The notes under the pieces are model-generated. The model was not told the origin of the DNA. It made no database searches and saw nothing but the letters and a program-made list of their open reading frames with translations. A program made the position numbers and the translations under genes. Of a DNA stretch of 64,000 nt, positions 26,701 through 37,171 are shown piece by piece. This stretch comes from Ptychomitrium polyphyllum (Eukaryota): contig OZ316776.1 of NCBI GenBank assembly GCA_973851085.1, positions 3,224,001 through 3,288,000 on the forward strand. Direction: 5' to 3'. Each line of letters begins with the position of its first letter. Position 1 is the stretch's first letter.

Positions 26701-29700
26701 TTTCTTCATGAATTTGGCAGTCCTGAATTTCCTAAAAGTCTCGTTTTAATGATAACTTTGGTGCTGATATGGATGAGCTCGAGCGGTGAAATAAATATTG
26801 GAAGAGCATTCCAAGACAATTAGCAATGGAGCTGGATACTTAGTGATCACTAAGAAGCCGCTTAATCGTGTGCAGGACATTGTGTGCTGGAGGCATGCAC
26901 TCCAATTGATGATGCATGTCTTCAGAGAGTGGAGACACTGACGATGTACATCTGAACACTCCATTTAGAATTATCAGAATGCATTGCTTAGAATAACAAT
27001 CTCTCATTCCAGATTTAGCACGGCGACGGTTATACTATATGTGATCCTTCAACAATCATCATGTCCTCCCAACTAGTGGTTATATTTGGCTTAACCAGGT
27101 CGGAAGCAGAGTTTAATAGCCGGTCCGTGTAGGATGAAGGATTGTTCCGAAATGGTTTGTCTGCGTTTTAAGAGTAACAAGTTCCCATTGCTACGGAATG
27201 CAGTAAAGTCATGAGTACTAACCTCGAAACATCTCAGCTGTCTCTTGAACTCTATGATGTTTCGGTATGATTCGATTGGCACCGACAGCAATAATAGCTG
27301 CGGCCTGCAAGTAATGCAGCAAACCAGGAAGCTAAATAACCAAGGCCGCTAGGAACAAAACAAACATATTTCAAGCCTTTTATACAAACGAGCTAATCAA
27401 GAAAACGTGTTATCAATATACATTGAACACAAGTATCAAAGCAACATATAGTCATCTAATTTAGCTAGATCTCAACTCTATCCAAAGGATTGTCTGTGAT
27501 GCTCTAATTAAGTGGACACGTTGGTTGGTCTTGACTGAGATGAAACGGAGCTGGGCAAGGAGGTCATACTCCACATCTTCTTCCTAGGTCCAGTCTTAGT
27601 ACTTATAAAATTTGAACAATATATTGCAAAATAGTTAGTAATGCTGCCAAATTCTCAACTGTACAAAGCTTCTCCTTAGAAAAGCCTTATTCACAATGAG
27701 TTACCATGGTCTTCAAGCAGGCTCAGGGCAAGTAAATCACAATCAAAGGAATATTGCACTTCGTACACTCAACTTGAGCACTTCAACATGAAGGTTGCTT
27801 TAAGTCTTTTCATTTGGACAATAAACTTCAGTATAAGGTCAAACAAATCTTCAAATAGAATAATTGACAGCAGGCGCCTTACGTGTCGATTGGCATCAAC
27901 TTCCTGAAATTATGTAATGCCGTTCAGAAACTCCATATACATGTATTGCCATCCAGAGAACAGATCCAATCATCTACAATACAAGAGTAACATTAATTGT
28001 TCACATATCAACTCTGTCTAAATATGAAGTAACTTTCAAGCCTTCTATACTGCAGAGCTAGAAAGTGCTTTGTAGCTTCCCATGTTTCTTCAATGCAATT
28101 GGCACACTCTTATAAAATCTGTCCAGACAATATAATTACTTCTATCTGTAGCTGGAGCTTAAAATATGGTAGGTTGCCTCGTGTCAAAGACAAAATCAAA
28201 TCATATCAAAAGCTGAAGATTGATGTGCCCTTATCGCTGTAGCTCGACAAGGAGCCTCGTGTGATTGAAGTGGTGGACCTCAAAGCATTTTGCATGGAAT
28301 TACGAGGAGTTGGTTCTCCGGCTACTGTTGCCTGCTCTAATAAGGAGTCTTCTGATGTAGTACTCCTGTTCAAAGAAATTGATGAAGAATTTGGGCAGGC
28401 GCTGGAGCCGTCCCTAATGATCAATTCAGTAGCATTCCTTCCTGACTTGTACCATATAATGACTTGTTGGAACGTGTTGGAACGTGGTTGTACACGATCT
28501 GTTGTTTGCTTACATCCATGCGTAGCGGGCGCCTGTGCAATTTGTGAAGGGAGGTCGGCCGACGTGCGGGAGTTGGTAGCTTCATGCAATCACAAGCACA
28601 CAAAATATAGCTGTAATCACTTGACTATTGAGTCGAGGATGCGGAACCGCTGGCATGATGCAAGCCATTGGCATTGCCCGAGCGCCCAGTCCTTGAAACG
28701 GGAGCATTACATATACCAGGAGGACTTCCACACTCTGTCCCTCACTACCCTTGGTTATTCGAACGGCCATCGTCCTCTTTTTCAAACTGTCATTTTTTTC
28801 AAACTAGCCATAGGTGGCTGTGTGGCGCCTACATGAGCACCTCTTATTAGCAAATCAACTCTCCCAAAGCTGTGCATGACCGGCATTCGTATGCACCAAT
28901 AATTTGCTCAACTATAACCGATCGGCTTCACGTCTTGCTTGTAGAAGTTCATGACTCTCATATCATTCAATAAAATAAAGAGCACCGTGATCCTCAACGG
29001 CAAAGGCAACTTTGCCATCAACATGAGCGCCAATCTAAAGCAACAATGACTCTTAATTTACCTCCAGATGAAACACTTAGTTAACAACTGATTGAGGGGA
29101 TGGCGTCTGTGCACTTGATCAATTGCAGCGCGAAGAACACCAAAACACTTCCACTCACTTCATGCGGTGCCACAGACGACTTTGCCCACTACGACTACAG
29201 CAGCGCTGGAAGCAACACTCAGGGTAGGATATTGGGCTGTCAGGTAGGAGAGATGAGAAACTGCGTCTCATCATCCACAGTTAGTCAACCTGGTCCGTTC
29301 ATATTTATTTGTCTACCTTTACTTTGTCCACATGCTATCGAAGATTGCTCTTTTGAACCTGTACTTTTAGCCCTTAACGACTGCATCACAGTAGTTTGAG
29401 TTGTGATTTGTCCAGCATCGGTGAGGAAGTGAGTCCAGGTATTATTGGAACATGGTTTTGAGGGGAAATTGAGTTAAAGCAGATGATTGCTGCTTGTAGG
29501 GAGGTCTAGAGGAGAGTTTGATTAAAGTGTGCAGAATGCAATTTCTTGACCTTGGAAGTTGGTGTGAACAATGTAGAGACTATGCAGGGAGCAAGGGCAT
29601 TGTGTTGATTGTTGTTTTGGTGCTTCTGCATCTTTCAATATCATATCATGAAATGTTTTAGTCTTGTGGAATAACAATGAAATGGTAGAGGAGGAATGAT

Positions 29701-30003
29701 TTGAGGTTTGTAAAGATGCGAAGTCCATAAGTGATCTGGTGCAAAGTCCACATGTGATGAGGTTTGCATAAAGTTGGCATTTACAGGAACGACTTAGATG
29801 CTTGTGTCTAATGGACTGGGGCACATGTATCAAGCATTTTAACTACATAAAATTATGATCTACAGATTTTGGATGTTGAATTTATCATTCATATGTTTGG
29901 AGAATTATCAAATTTATAAAATGTTTGTCATGATCAAGGGTGGATAATCTAGACCTAAAGAAGTATTCAAGAAATGCATTTTCATTGAATCAAACTTTTT
30001 AGC

Positions 30004-30082
30004 CATGGTGACGCAAAATCACACATTGTAAACATTTTAAAGAATTTTGTATGTTTACAATGTGTGATTTTGCGTCACCATG
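30004..30082. repeat. Perfect 32-bp inverted repeat with 15-nt spacer
   Basis: CATGGTGACGCAAAATCACACATTGTAAACAT (30004-30035) and its exact reverse complement (30051-30082). Confidence 0.92.
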
Positions 30083-31342
30083 ACCACCAATTGTTCATAT
30101 AAGTTACATGCATTTGTTTAGTGGCACAAAAATTCTAATTGATCAAGAATTGTACATTACAATGTGTTCATGTGTATTTGATTTTGTTACTAGCTATTTG
30201 TTGCACCTAGAGTTGTTTATTTTCATGTGACATTAATTTAATGTGACATAATATTGTAATGACATGAAACAGTGCCAACATGGTATTACCTTTATGTCTT
30301 GGTATTGTATCTTAATGCCATTTAGACAATTTATTAAAAATATAAAGTAAAAATCATTTAAATTTATCATACTTTAAACACCTTGGATATTACAAGTGGA
30401 TATATTAAATATTTATGGTGGAAAAAAAATCACATAAATAACCATGTAAATTCAAAAAAAGGAATATTAGATGAAAAACATAGTAACCTTGTTTAGGCCT
30501 TGACCACCTTCTTGTTTTATTTTGTTCCTAATGAAAACATGTGAAATCATCTTTGGCAAATGTAAAGAACTTATTGGATTATAAATGTACAAATTTGATT
30601 GGCCACAAGTATAAACTTCTTAAAAATGAAAAATACATATTAGGAGAAATTATAAACACTTTTCCATATTTTGTATTTGGAGTACTTCACTTAATTTCTT
30701 TTGCAGTTTAGATTTTGGAGGTATTTATCATGCCCTTATTGGATCAAAAACTCTTGAAGAATCTTTTCCATTTTTTGGATCTACTTATTAAATCTAGAGA
30801 TTGTATGAACATTTTTTAATCCTTAAAGGTTGAGGTGTTTGTTTCATCTATCTTTTGTCTACCATTTGATAAAGAAATATAAGACCATTTCATGAAGACA
30901 CATTTCATGAAGCATAAGAAGACAATGTAAAACTTCTAGGATTATTTTACAATTCTTTGAAGTTAAAGGTGTTTAGTGTTTAAGTCACCAAACACATTCA
31001 AATTTAGAAGGTTCAAAAATACTCATAAATTTCTAAATTTGATAAATGATATTATAAAAAAATTAGATGTAAAAAAATGACTATAGATGTTTTTATGCTT
31101 TTACAAATAGCCACTAGCACACAAAACGGCATACAAGAGGACAAAAGATGGAATCATGTGGAAGGGCATTAATAATAGATAAAGATAAATTTTTTGCTAC
31201 AACACACATATATACTAGCAACATAGATAACTATTTAATCCTTGCTTAATTGAAACCTATGTATCTATTGTGTCATGATGGGAAGGTCCATCTAAACATA
31301 ATTCAATTTAATGTGACAAAAACTACCTTCTATTTGTGTTAC

Positions 31343-31448
31343 TGTAGAAGCTACTACACCTTTCTAGAACACATAATTCACCCCTCCAAAAACCTTGTAG
31401 AAGCTACTACACCTTTCTAGAACACATAATTTACCCCTCCAAAAACCT
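31343..31448. repeat. 53-bp tandem duplication
   Basis: TGTAGAAGCTACTACACCTTTCTAGAACACATAATT(C/T)ACCCCTCCAAAAACCT twice, one mismatch. Confidence 0.92.
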
Positions 31449-32459
31449 TACATTTACTCAAAAACATGCGAAGTGATGGGTGTCCTTACCATAGTAGATT
31501 TTTCGGTGTCATCAACCCTGACAGTCTGCAAAACTGTCAACACTAAGACCATGATCTCGCCTCCTGATTGGTTGATTTGTTAAGAGTGAGTTTCAATAAA
31601 ACTCTGAAGTCCAAGTTCTGTTTTGCTACTGCCACCTCGCAAAGAAGGCTATGTTGTGGTCGTTCGGTATTTCAGGGATTGTTGAACTTGGGCATGAGAG
31701 GCTTATTGTTGCAGTATCCATTGCTCACCGCAAATTTCTACCGCATCGGGAGTGGTTTGTATAGATTGTGGTTAGGAGGGACCGTGTGCTGCATCACTCC
31801 CACTCTCATGTTGCTGGAGGACTTGAGCTGAATTTGGAAAGACTAGTTACACGTGGGAAGTGTGAAGCTGAGTTTGGGTCGGATGTTTAAGATATACTAG
31901 GAGTTATTCCTTGATCGCTTTTTTCAACAACATTTCGACAATAGACAAGACTCTTCCATTGGGGAATGATCAAAGAAACTTCTGGCCAGCACAGTGTCGT
32001 ACTAATACTGACAATTAGTTGGATCGCAGGAGTCATTATAACGTTTCCTGTAACTGATGATTACCTGTACAGAGTTGTGATGCACACAGAGGATGGTTTT
32101 TCACAACATCCCGCAAGCTGGGTTGGCCGCAACAAGCTACAAATCTCTTGGTGCAACAACCGGCCAGACCGATTGCTCCACCGCAAACTCCTCTCAGCAA
32201 TTAAATTCCCGAAGATCTCCCAGCCCACGTCGTAAAAGGGGAAAGAATTGAGCTGTAAACACTAAATGTGTATCAATCACCATTGCTGTACAGTCATTGT
32301 CAGTCTTGCATCTTGCATACTGAGGCCACTACAAGTGGACACAAGAATATTAGACTTTCTATCTACATGGTTCCTCATAGCTTCAAAACTTTGATACACT
32401 CCGGCCCACGCCTTGTTCCTTCCTATTTCAAAACACCGTGTCATCCTGTCAACGTACAG

Positions 32460-34574
32460 CTAGGGCGTGCTCATTCTACTCTCCAGCTCGAACAACTCTT
32501 CGTCCTCATGGTCGCTCTCATACTCGCCATCTGCAAGTCCGGATGCATAAGGTTACATAGCAAACCATAAAATTCATAATATTCGTAAACTAAGATATGT
32601 TTCACTTAAGCTTATACGGTAGTTCACACATCAGATGCAGAAAATGACGCTCCTGAGATTATAAAGTGTCACCTTTGACTGAAAATAAAGCACAACGCAG
32701 AAGGAACCTCATAAATGAATGACAATGACGTCTTTCAGTTCATGTGGGTTCTTAAACTTTCCAATCCACCTACCCTTAGTAGATAATTGCTCAAAAAGAA
32801 TAGGAGTTGCCATGCGCCTACTTTGCAACTTTCTCTTATTCTAATTGTTTTGTTCGTGTTCCAGTTAAGGTAATTAGAGATTTACATGGGTAGTTATCTG
32901 TAGTACACGTACCACTTTCAGGTGGACGCGCCAGGTAGTCTATGCCAGGCTGAAATTGGAGAGGCACGAGCTCCGTGGAGAAGTTTTCCAGCTTCACTAC
33001 GAGCCAATCTCGTTCCGTTGCCGCCTTCTTTGCCTGGTGTCATTCCAAGCTCAAATTTAAGTCACGTGCCACTATCAAATATAAGCATCAAAAATTTAAG
33101 AAGATTGTTGATTCCTTCCTCACCAATGAATCCCCCGTACATATACCAAGAGCAAATTTTGAGATGCATTTCTGAACGTCATTGCCAATTGAATAAGGTA
33201 TTTTGATCAACTAAAATTCCTAAGTCTGTAATAAGTTTGAAAACCTTGACTGATCTAACAGATAGAGAAGCCAATTCTGGTTCTTAAAGTAAGGTTCAAT
33301 ACTCGTGACCACATCTCTACCAAAAATCTAATACTAAAAGGGACAAAAAAGAGAAAAGGGGGCATCCATCAGACGATCAAATAGAATTGCAAGATTTGGA
33401 TTTTTCTAAGAAATCCGTAAGATATGCGAATTCTATTACTACAGATACAAAAATATATCTATGGTAACACCTCACATGTTCACCCAGATCAACCCTTGTG
33501 CTATGCTCAATGACCCGGAACTTCAGCTCACCGCAATTTTCCGGTCAAATACATCCAGTTACTATCGTTTGGTTTTCCACAACAAGGCCTTGATTGTTAT
33601 CCAAGAACAAGACTCAGCCATAATGATTACTTAAGCGTTAAGAAAATGAACTTGATAACGATACCATTAGTTCACACACCAATAGTCGAAATTGCTTTAC
33701 GCTTAACCAACATCCGAAAGGCTCCAAATATTAGTTTATGAAGGTAAATAAACCTGGAATTCTGAAAAAAGAGGAAAATAATGGAGGATAATTTTTATGT
33801 TGTAAGACTCCGTACGTGCATGTATGAGAGTGGAATCAAGAAGAGTTTGTGAGAAGAACTGAACTGTTTCGATGCTGCATATGGAAATGCTAACTAAGCT
33901 TACAATGCCTCTAACCTTAAACAGAAAGTAAATCTCAGGCTTCCTAAAAGCGGAACCTCGTGTCGTTCCTCGCCAATGCAACAATGACCAGAAAATTTGC
34001 CACCCAATGCATTGCGAGGGTTTGCCCTTACCTCTAATTCGGCACCACCCGAAGGCGCCGGTATCGTTTCATTCTTCAAAACCATGGACCCCAGCGCGTA
34101 ATGCAGCAACCTGCTGGCCTGCCGCAGCGCACTGTCCTTGGTCTCCCCTTGCCCTAGAAACTGCGGGTAATCCAGCACTATCGAAAAATAACTCTTGTAC
34201 TCGTTCACATGATCCTCCTCCGACGCCACCAACACCGCATACTCCCGCCTCTCCAGGTTCACGGCCGCCAGCGCCGGCACCAATTCCCTGCTCCCGGCCC
34301 CCACAGGCGCCCCAGGCACCGCTGGCGTACCGTCCGCATGCACGAACACCAACCCCACCCCCGGTACCGCCACCGACGGAACCCTCTCCTCACTACCCCC
34401 ATCGCTGTTGCTTCCTCCATGCCCCCCACTCATGCTCTCCGACACCGAATCACTGTCCGCACTCTCCACCACCGCGCTCCCCATCCCCTGCTTCTCCTCC
34501 CCCGGGCACTTCCTCACTCGATACTCCCGCTCCTCGTCCTCCCACGCAAAGTAGGGCTTGAATTCCAACCCCAT
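32460..34574 (-). CDS. Spliced gene encoding a ~244-aa protein with a HicB antitoxin-like (UPF0150-type) domain
   Basis: Exons 34574-34032 (donor GAG|GTAAGG), 33033-32913 (CAG|GCA..G|GTACGT), 32530-32460 (TGCAG|AT..TAG) join in frame. Residues ~110-175 REYAVLVASEED..YFSIVLDYPQFLGQGETKDSALRQASRLLHYALGSMVLKNETIPAPS match the HicB N-domain pattern Y.V...EED..Y....PD.P....QG.T..EA...A...L...L......E.IP.PS. Confidence 0.78.
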
Positions 34575-34614
34575 CTCTGCTCGCTGCTCTGCTCTACTCT
34601 GCTCTGGTATGCTC

Positions 34615-34970
34615 TCCTCTCCTCTCCTCTTCCAACACACCGACCCAACTACACAACCCCCCCAGACAGTAGTCAAAGGTGCAACCTTTGAGCAAAAACC
34701 GATCACAACATGACTATGTCGATATCCCGCTCCCTCCTCGTCCTCTTCAAGCAAAACCACCTACCTCCACAACCTGCACCAAAAAGTAGCCCCAAAGCAC
34801 AACCTTTGGGCCAAAACCGATCACAACACGACCATGATCACGACCTCTCTTCCTCCTCCACCTCTTCCAACAAACCGCCCAACTCCACAACCTGCAACAA
34901 CAAAAAAAGGTAGTAGCCCCAAACTGCAACCTTTGCGTCGAAACCGATCACAGCATGACCATGTCGTCGA
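34615..34970. repeat. ~3 degenerate ~120-bp tandem units upstream of the HicB-like gene
   Basis: CAACCTTTG....AAACCGATCACA.CA.GAC.ATG starts at 34682, 34800 and 34927; CCTCTT..A.CAAA..CC.ACAACC blocks also recur. Confidence 0.85.
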
Positions 34971-35332
34971 CGGCCAGTTCCTGGTTTCTCTTGGAATAAC
35001 AGCAACCCAACCCAAGCGAAGTAAAGCTGGAAGGCCAAAAGTGGCCTTGGGTGCGGGAATCTGGAGTCGGAGTCGGAATCGATCACAGGACCGTTTCGGA
35101 TCTTGGTCCGCTGCAACCCTACGGTGCTCCAGGCCTGGTGACGAAGATCTTGGCTGCCGAGCTGCGACCTCGCGTGGTGCTCGTTGCCTGCCATTCCCCA
35201 CTGCCCCTCCGCGTCTTGCCTGTGCCTGCCACGTTTCCCGGGCCCCACGCGGCCCCTAAACTTCCTTCTTGCGGGAGGCGAGGTGTTGTTGCTTGGTAAC
35301 GAAACGAAACGTGCCGACTTGGAGGAAAAGGC

Positions 35333-35437
35333 GGACTTAGTGGACTTGGTGAACTTTGGGGACTTAGTGGACTTGGGGGACTTGGTGGACTTGGAGGACT
35401 TGGTGGACTTGGGGGACTTAGTGGACTTGGGGGCTTG
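35333..35437. repeat. 9-bp minisatellite (GGACTTGGN / GGACTTAGT), ~11-12 units
   Basis: Read directly: ggacttagt ggacttggt gaactttgg ggacttagt ggacttggg ggacttggt ... Confidence 0.92.
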
Positions 35438-36913
35438 AAGGGCATGGGCTGAGCGCATGGTTGTTTGTGCCCATCAATGTGAGGAGTGTTTTATGCGATT
35501 TATTCAATGACAAATGAAAGCCAAGTAGCATAAATTTTTTAATGATTTAAAAGAAGAAAAGAGAGGATTTCAACAAAATTGTAATCTCTTTTAGAACAGC
35601 TTCGAATCATTTAAAAAGTTTTAAGGAATGATTTAGAAAATTCAACTCGATAAATTTACAAGAAATGATGCTTTGTGCCCTTCTGCAAAATTGATTCTTA
35701 CATGAAGATGCCAAAGTAAGTGACTTGTAATAACTTCGAGCAAGAAATTATCCATGTAAAAAACCAGTATGTCACATGAGTACTCGAGGGAAGAAACCTA
35801 TAATGGCGGAAGTATAGTTGCATCCTCTCTCCGAACAGCACTTTCTTGAAACCTTTTTTGAAAAGCCTTTCCTTGCAATTCATGGATTGTAATGGAAAAA
35901 GTAAAAAGCTTTGCAAGTCACTCATTGGTTTTATTTTGATCCTGTTCCACAGACTGCCTATGTACCTGGCAAATGCCACTACATTCCTTTCTTGCAACTA
36001 CTGGTAACAGGAAAGTTAGTATCTACTAACATATTTTGCAATAATATTCTATGCTAAAAATTCAAGCTAAGCTTTTATCATTCTTCATGAATAAGAGGCC
36101 ATTCAGTAACTTGTAGGCTCAGGAATTACCTATCCAATGCTCTGGATTACTATTTGATAATTTTCTGTAACTTTAAAAATTAAATTGAATTAATGATAGT
36201 ATTTAAAGTAAAGACTGATGTAAATTAAAATAAACAACACTAAAGTCCCTTCAAAAAGTGAAGCAATCCAAGGTTTTACGGTGAGCAATGAAAATATCTC
36301 CAAATAGCATCAAACGAATCTCGACAGAAGATGCCTCAAAAAGATTCCCCGGAATCACCGCTCCAATACAAACTTATACGTACACATGCAGACCCCGACC
36401 GCACCAAAATGTACAAACCTTCCCTTCAATTCTACCGAAACCTCTCAAACCTCAAGGATGCACACCTAAACCCGTCTCCACATCCCAAAACTGCTAATCT
36501 CCTAAAAGGGGAATATTCTACTTCACAAGATCTATGAAGAACATAGAGATCTCAGAACCTATATACAGTAACGGACCGTGACGGAATCCATTCCATACTG
36601 TATCTGAATTTGTTCAAAATTTGACAAGGAGAAATGTATGTCAGAAAAGATTGTGGCGGTGTTCGGGTGCAAAGACGGGTTTAGGCAGGCTTCCTAGAGG
36701 TTAGTGACGTTTCAGTAGATTTGAGGAGGAAAGAATTGGAATTAACGAAAATTTACGGAAATTCTACCAAATGTGCACAAATCTTCGCAGCAGGGGCTCG
36801 CCTTCTTGAGCTCGCCGTGGTCGCTGAGAGTGCCACTTCCAAAGCTCTCGTTTTGCGTTTTTTCGTTGCTGGTTGTCTATCTGTGTTGTGTTTTTTTCCT
36901 GAGTGTGATTGCC

Positions 36914-37171
36914 ATGGGTGTGACCGAGGACTTCGAGCAGGCCGCCAAGGACGTGAAGAACCTGACATCGAAGCCGTCGGACGAGGACCTGCTCATCCTA
37001 TACGGTTTGTTCAAGGTGGCCACCGTGGGGAAGGTGGACACGTCCAGGCCTGGCATATTCGACATGAAGGGCAGGGCCAAGTGGGATGCGTGGAAGAAGG
37101 TGGAGGACAAATCGCCGGAGGATGCCAAGCAGGACTACATCCTCAAGGTGCAGCAGCTCCAGGAAGCTTGA
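36914..37171 (+). CDS. ACBP: Small cytosolic acyl-CoA-binding protein (class I ACBP), intronless
   Basis: 85 aa MGVTEDFEQAAKDVKNL..KPSDEDLLILYGLFKVATVG...RPGIFDMKGRAKWDAWK..EDAKQDYI; canonical ACB motifs; GCCATGG start context. Confidence 0.96.
   Translation: MGVTEDFEQAAKDVKNLTSKPSDEDLLILYGLFKVATVGKVDTSRPGIFDMKGRAKWDAWKKVEDKSPEDAKQDYILKVQQLQEA

Noticed and set aside
28261..28836. 191-aa + strand ORF
   Set aside because: GTG start, no family similarity, located in a degenerate region.
33900..34031. Unspliced continuation of the HicB-like ORF (VRANPRNALGG..)
   Set aside because: A strong donor GAG|GTAAGG at 34032 and two in-frame downstream exons make this more likely intron. The upstream GTG start at 34760 runs through repeat-rich, probably untranslated sequence.
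34615..34970. CRISPR-like repeat-spacer array
   Set aside because: The spacers are themselves homologous, the repeats are degenerate, the context is eukaryotic and there are no cas genes.
34838..35458. 206-aa KSTKSP-repeat ORF as a real gene
   Set aside because: Its length is explained by a stop-free minisatellite and GC-rich repeats; several overlapping frames are equally open.
31500..36900. A HicA toxin partner near the HicB-like gene
   Set aside because: No short basic ORF with a HicA-type GSH motif was found in the ORF track or by eye. A spliced or very short one could have been missed.
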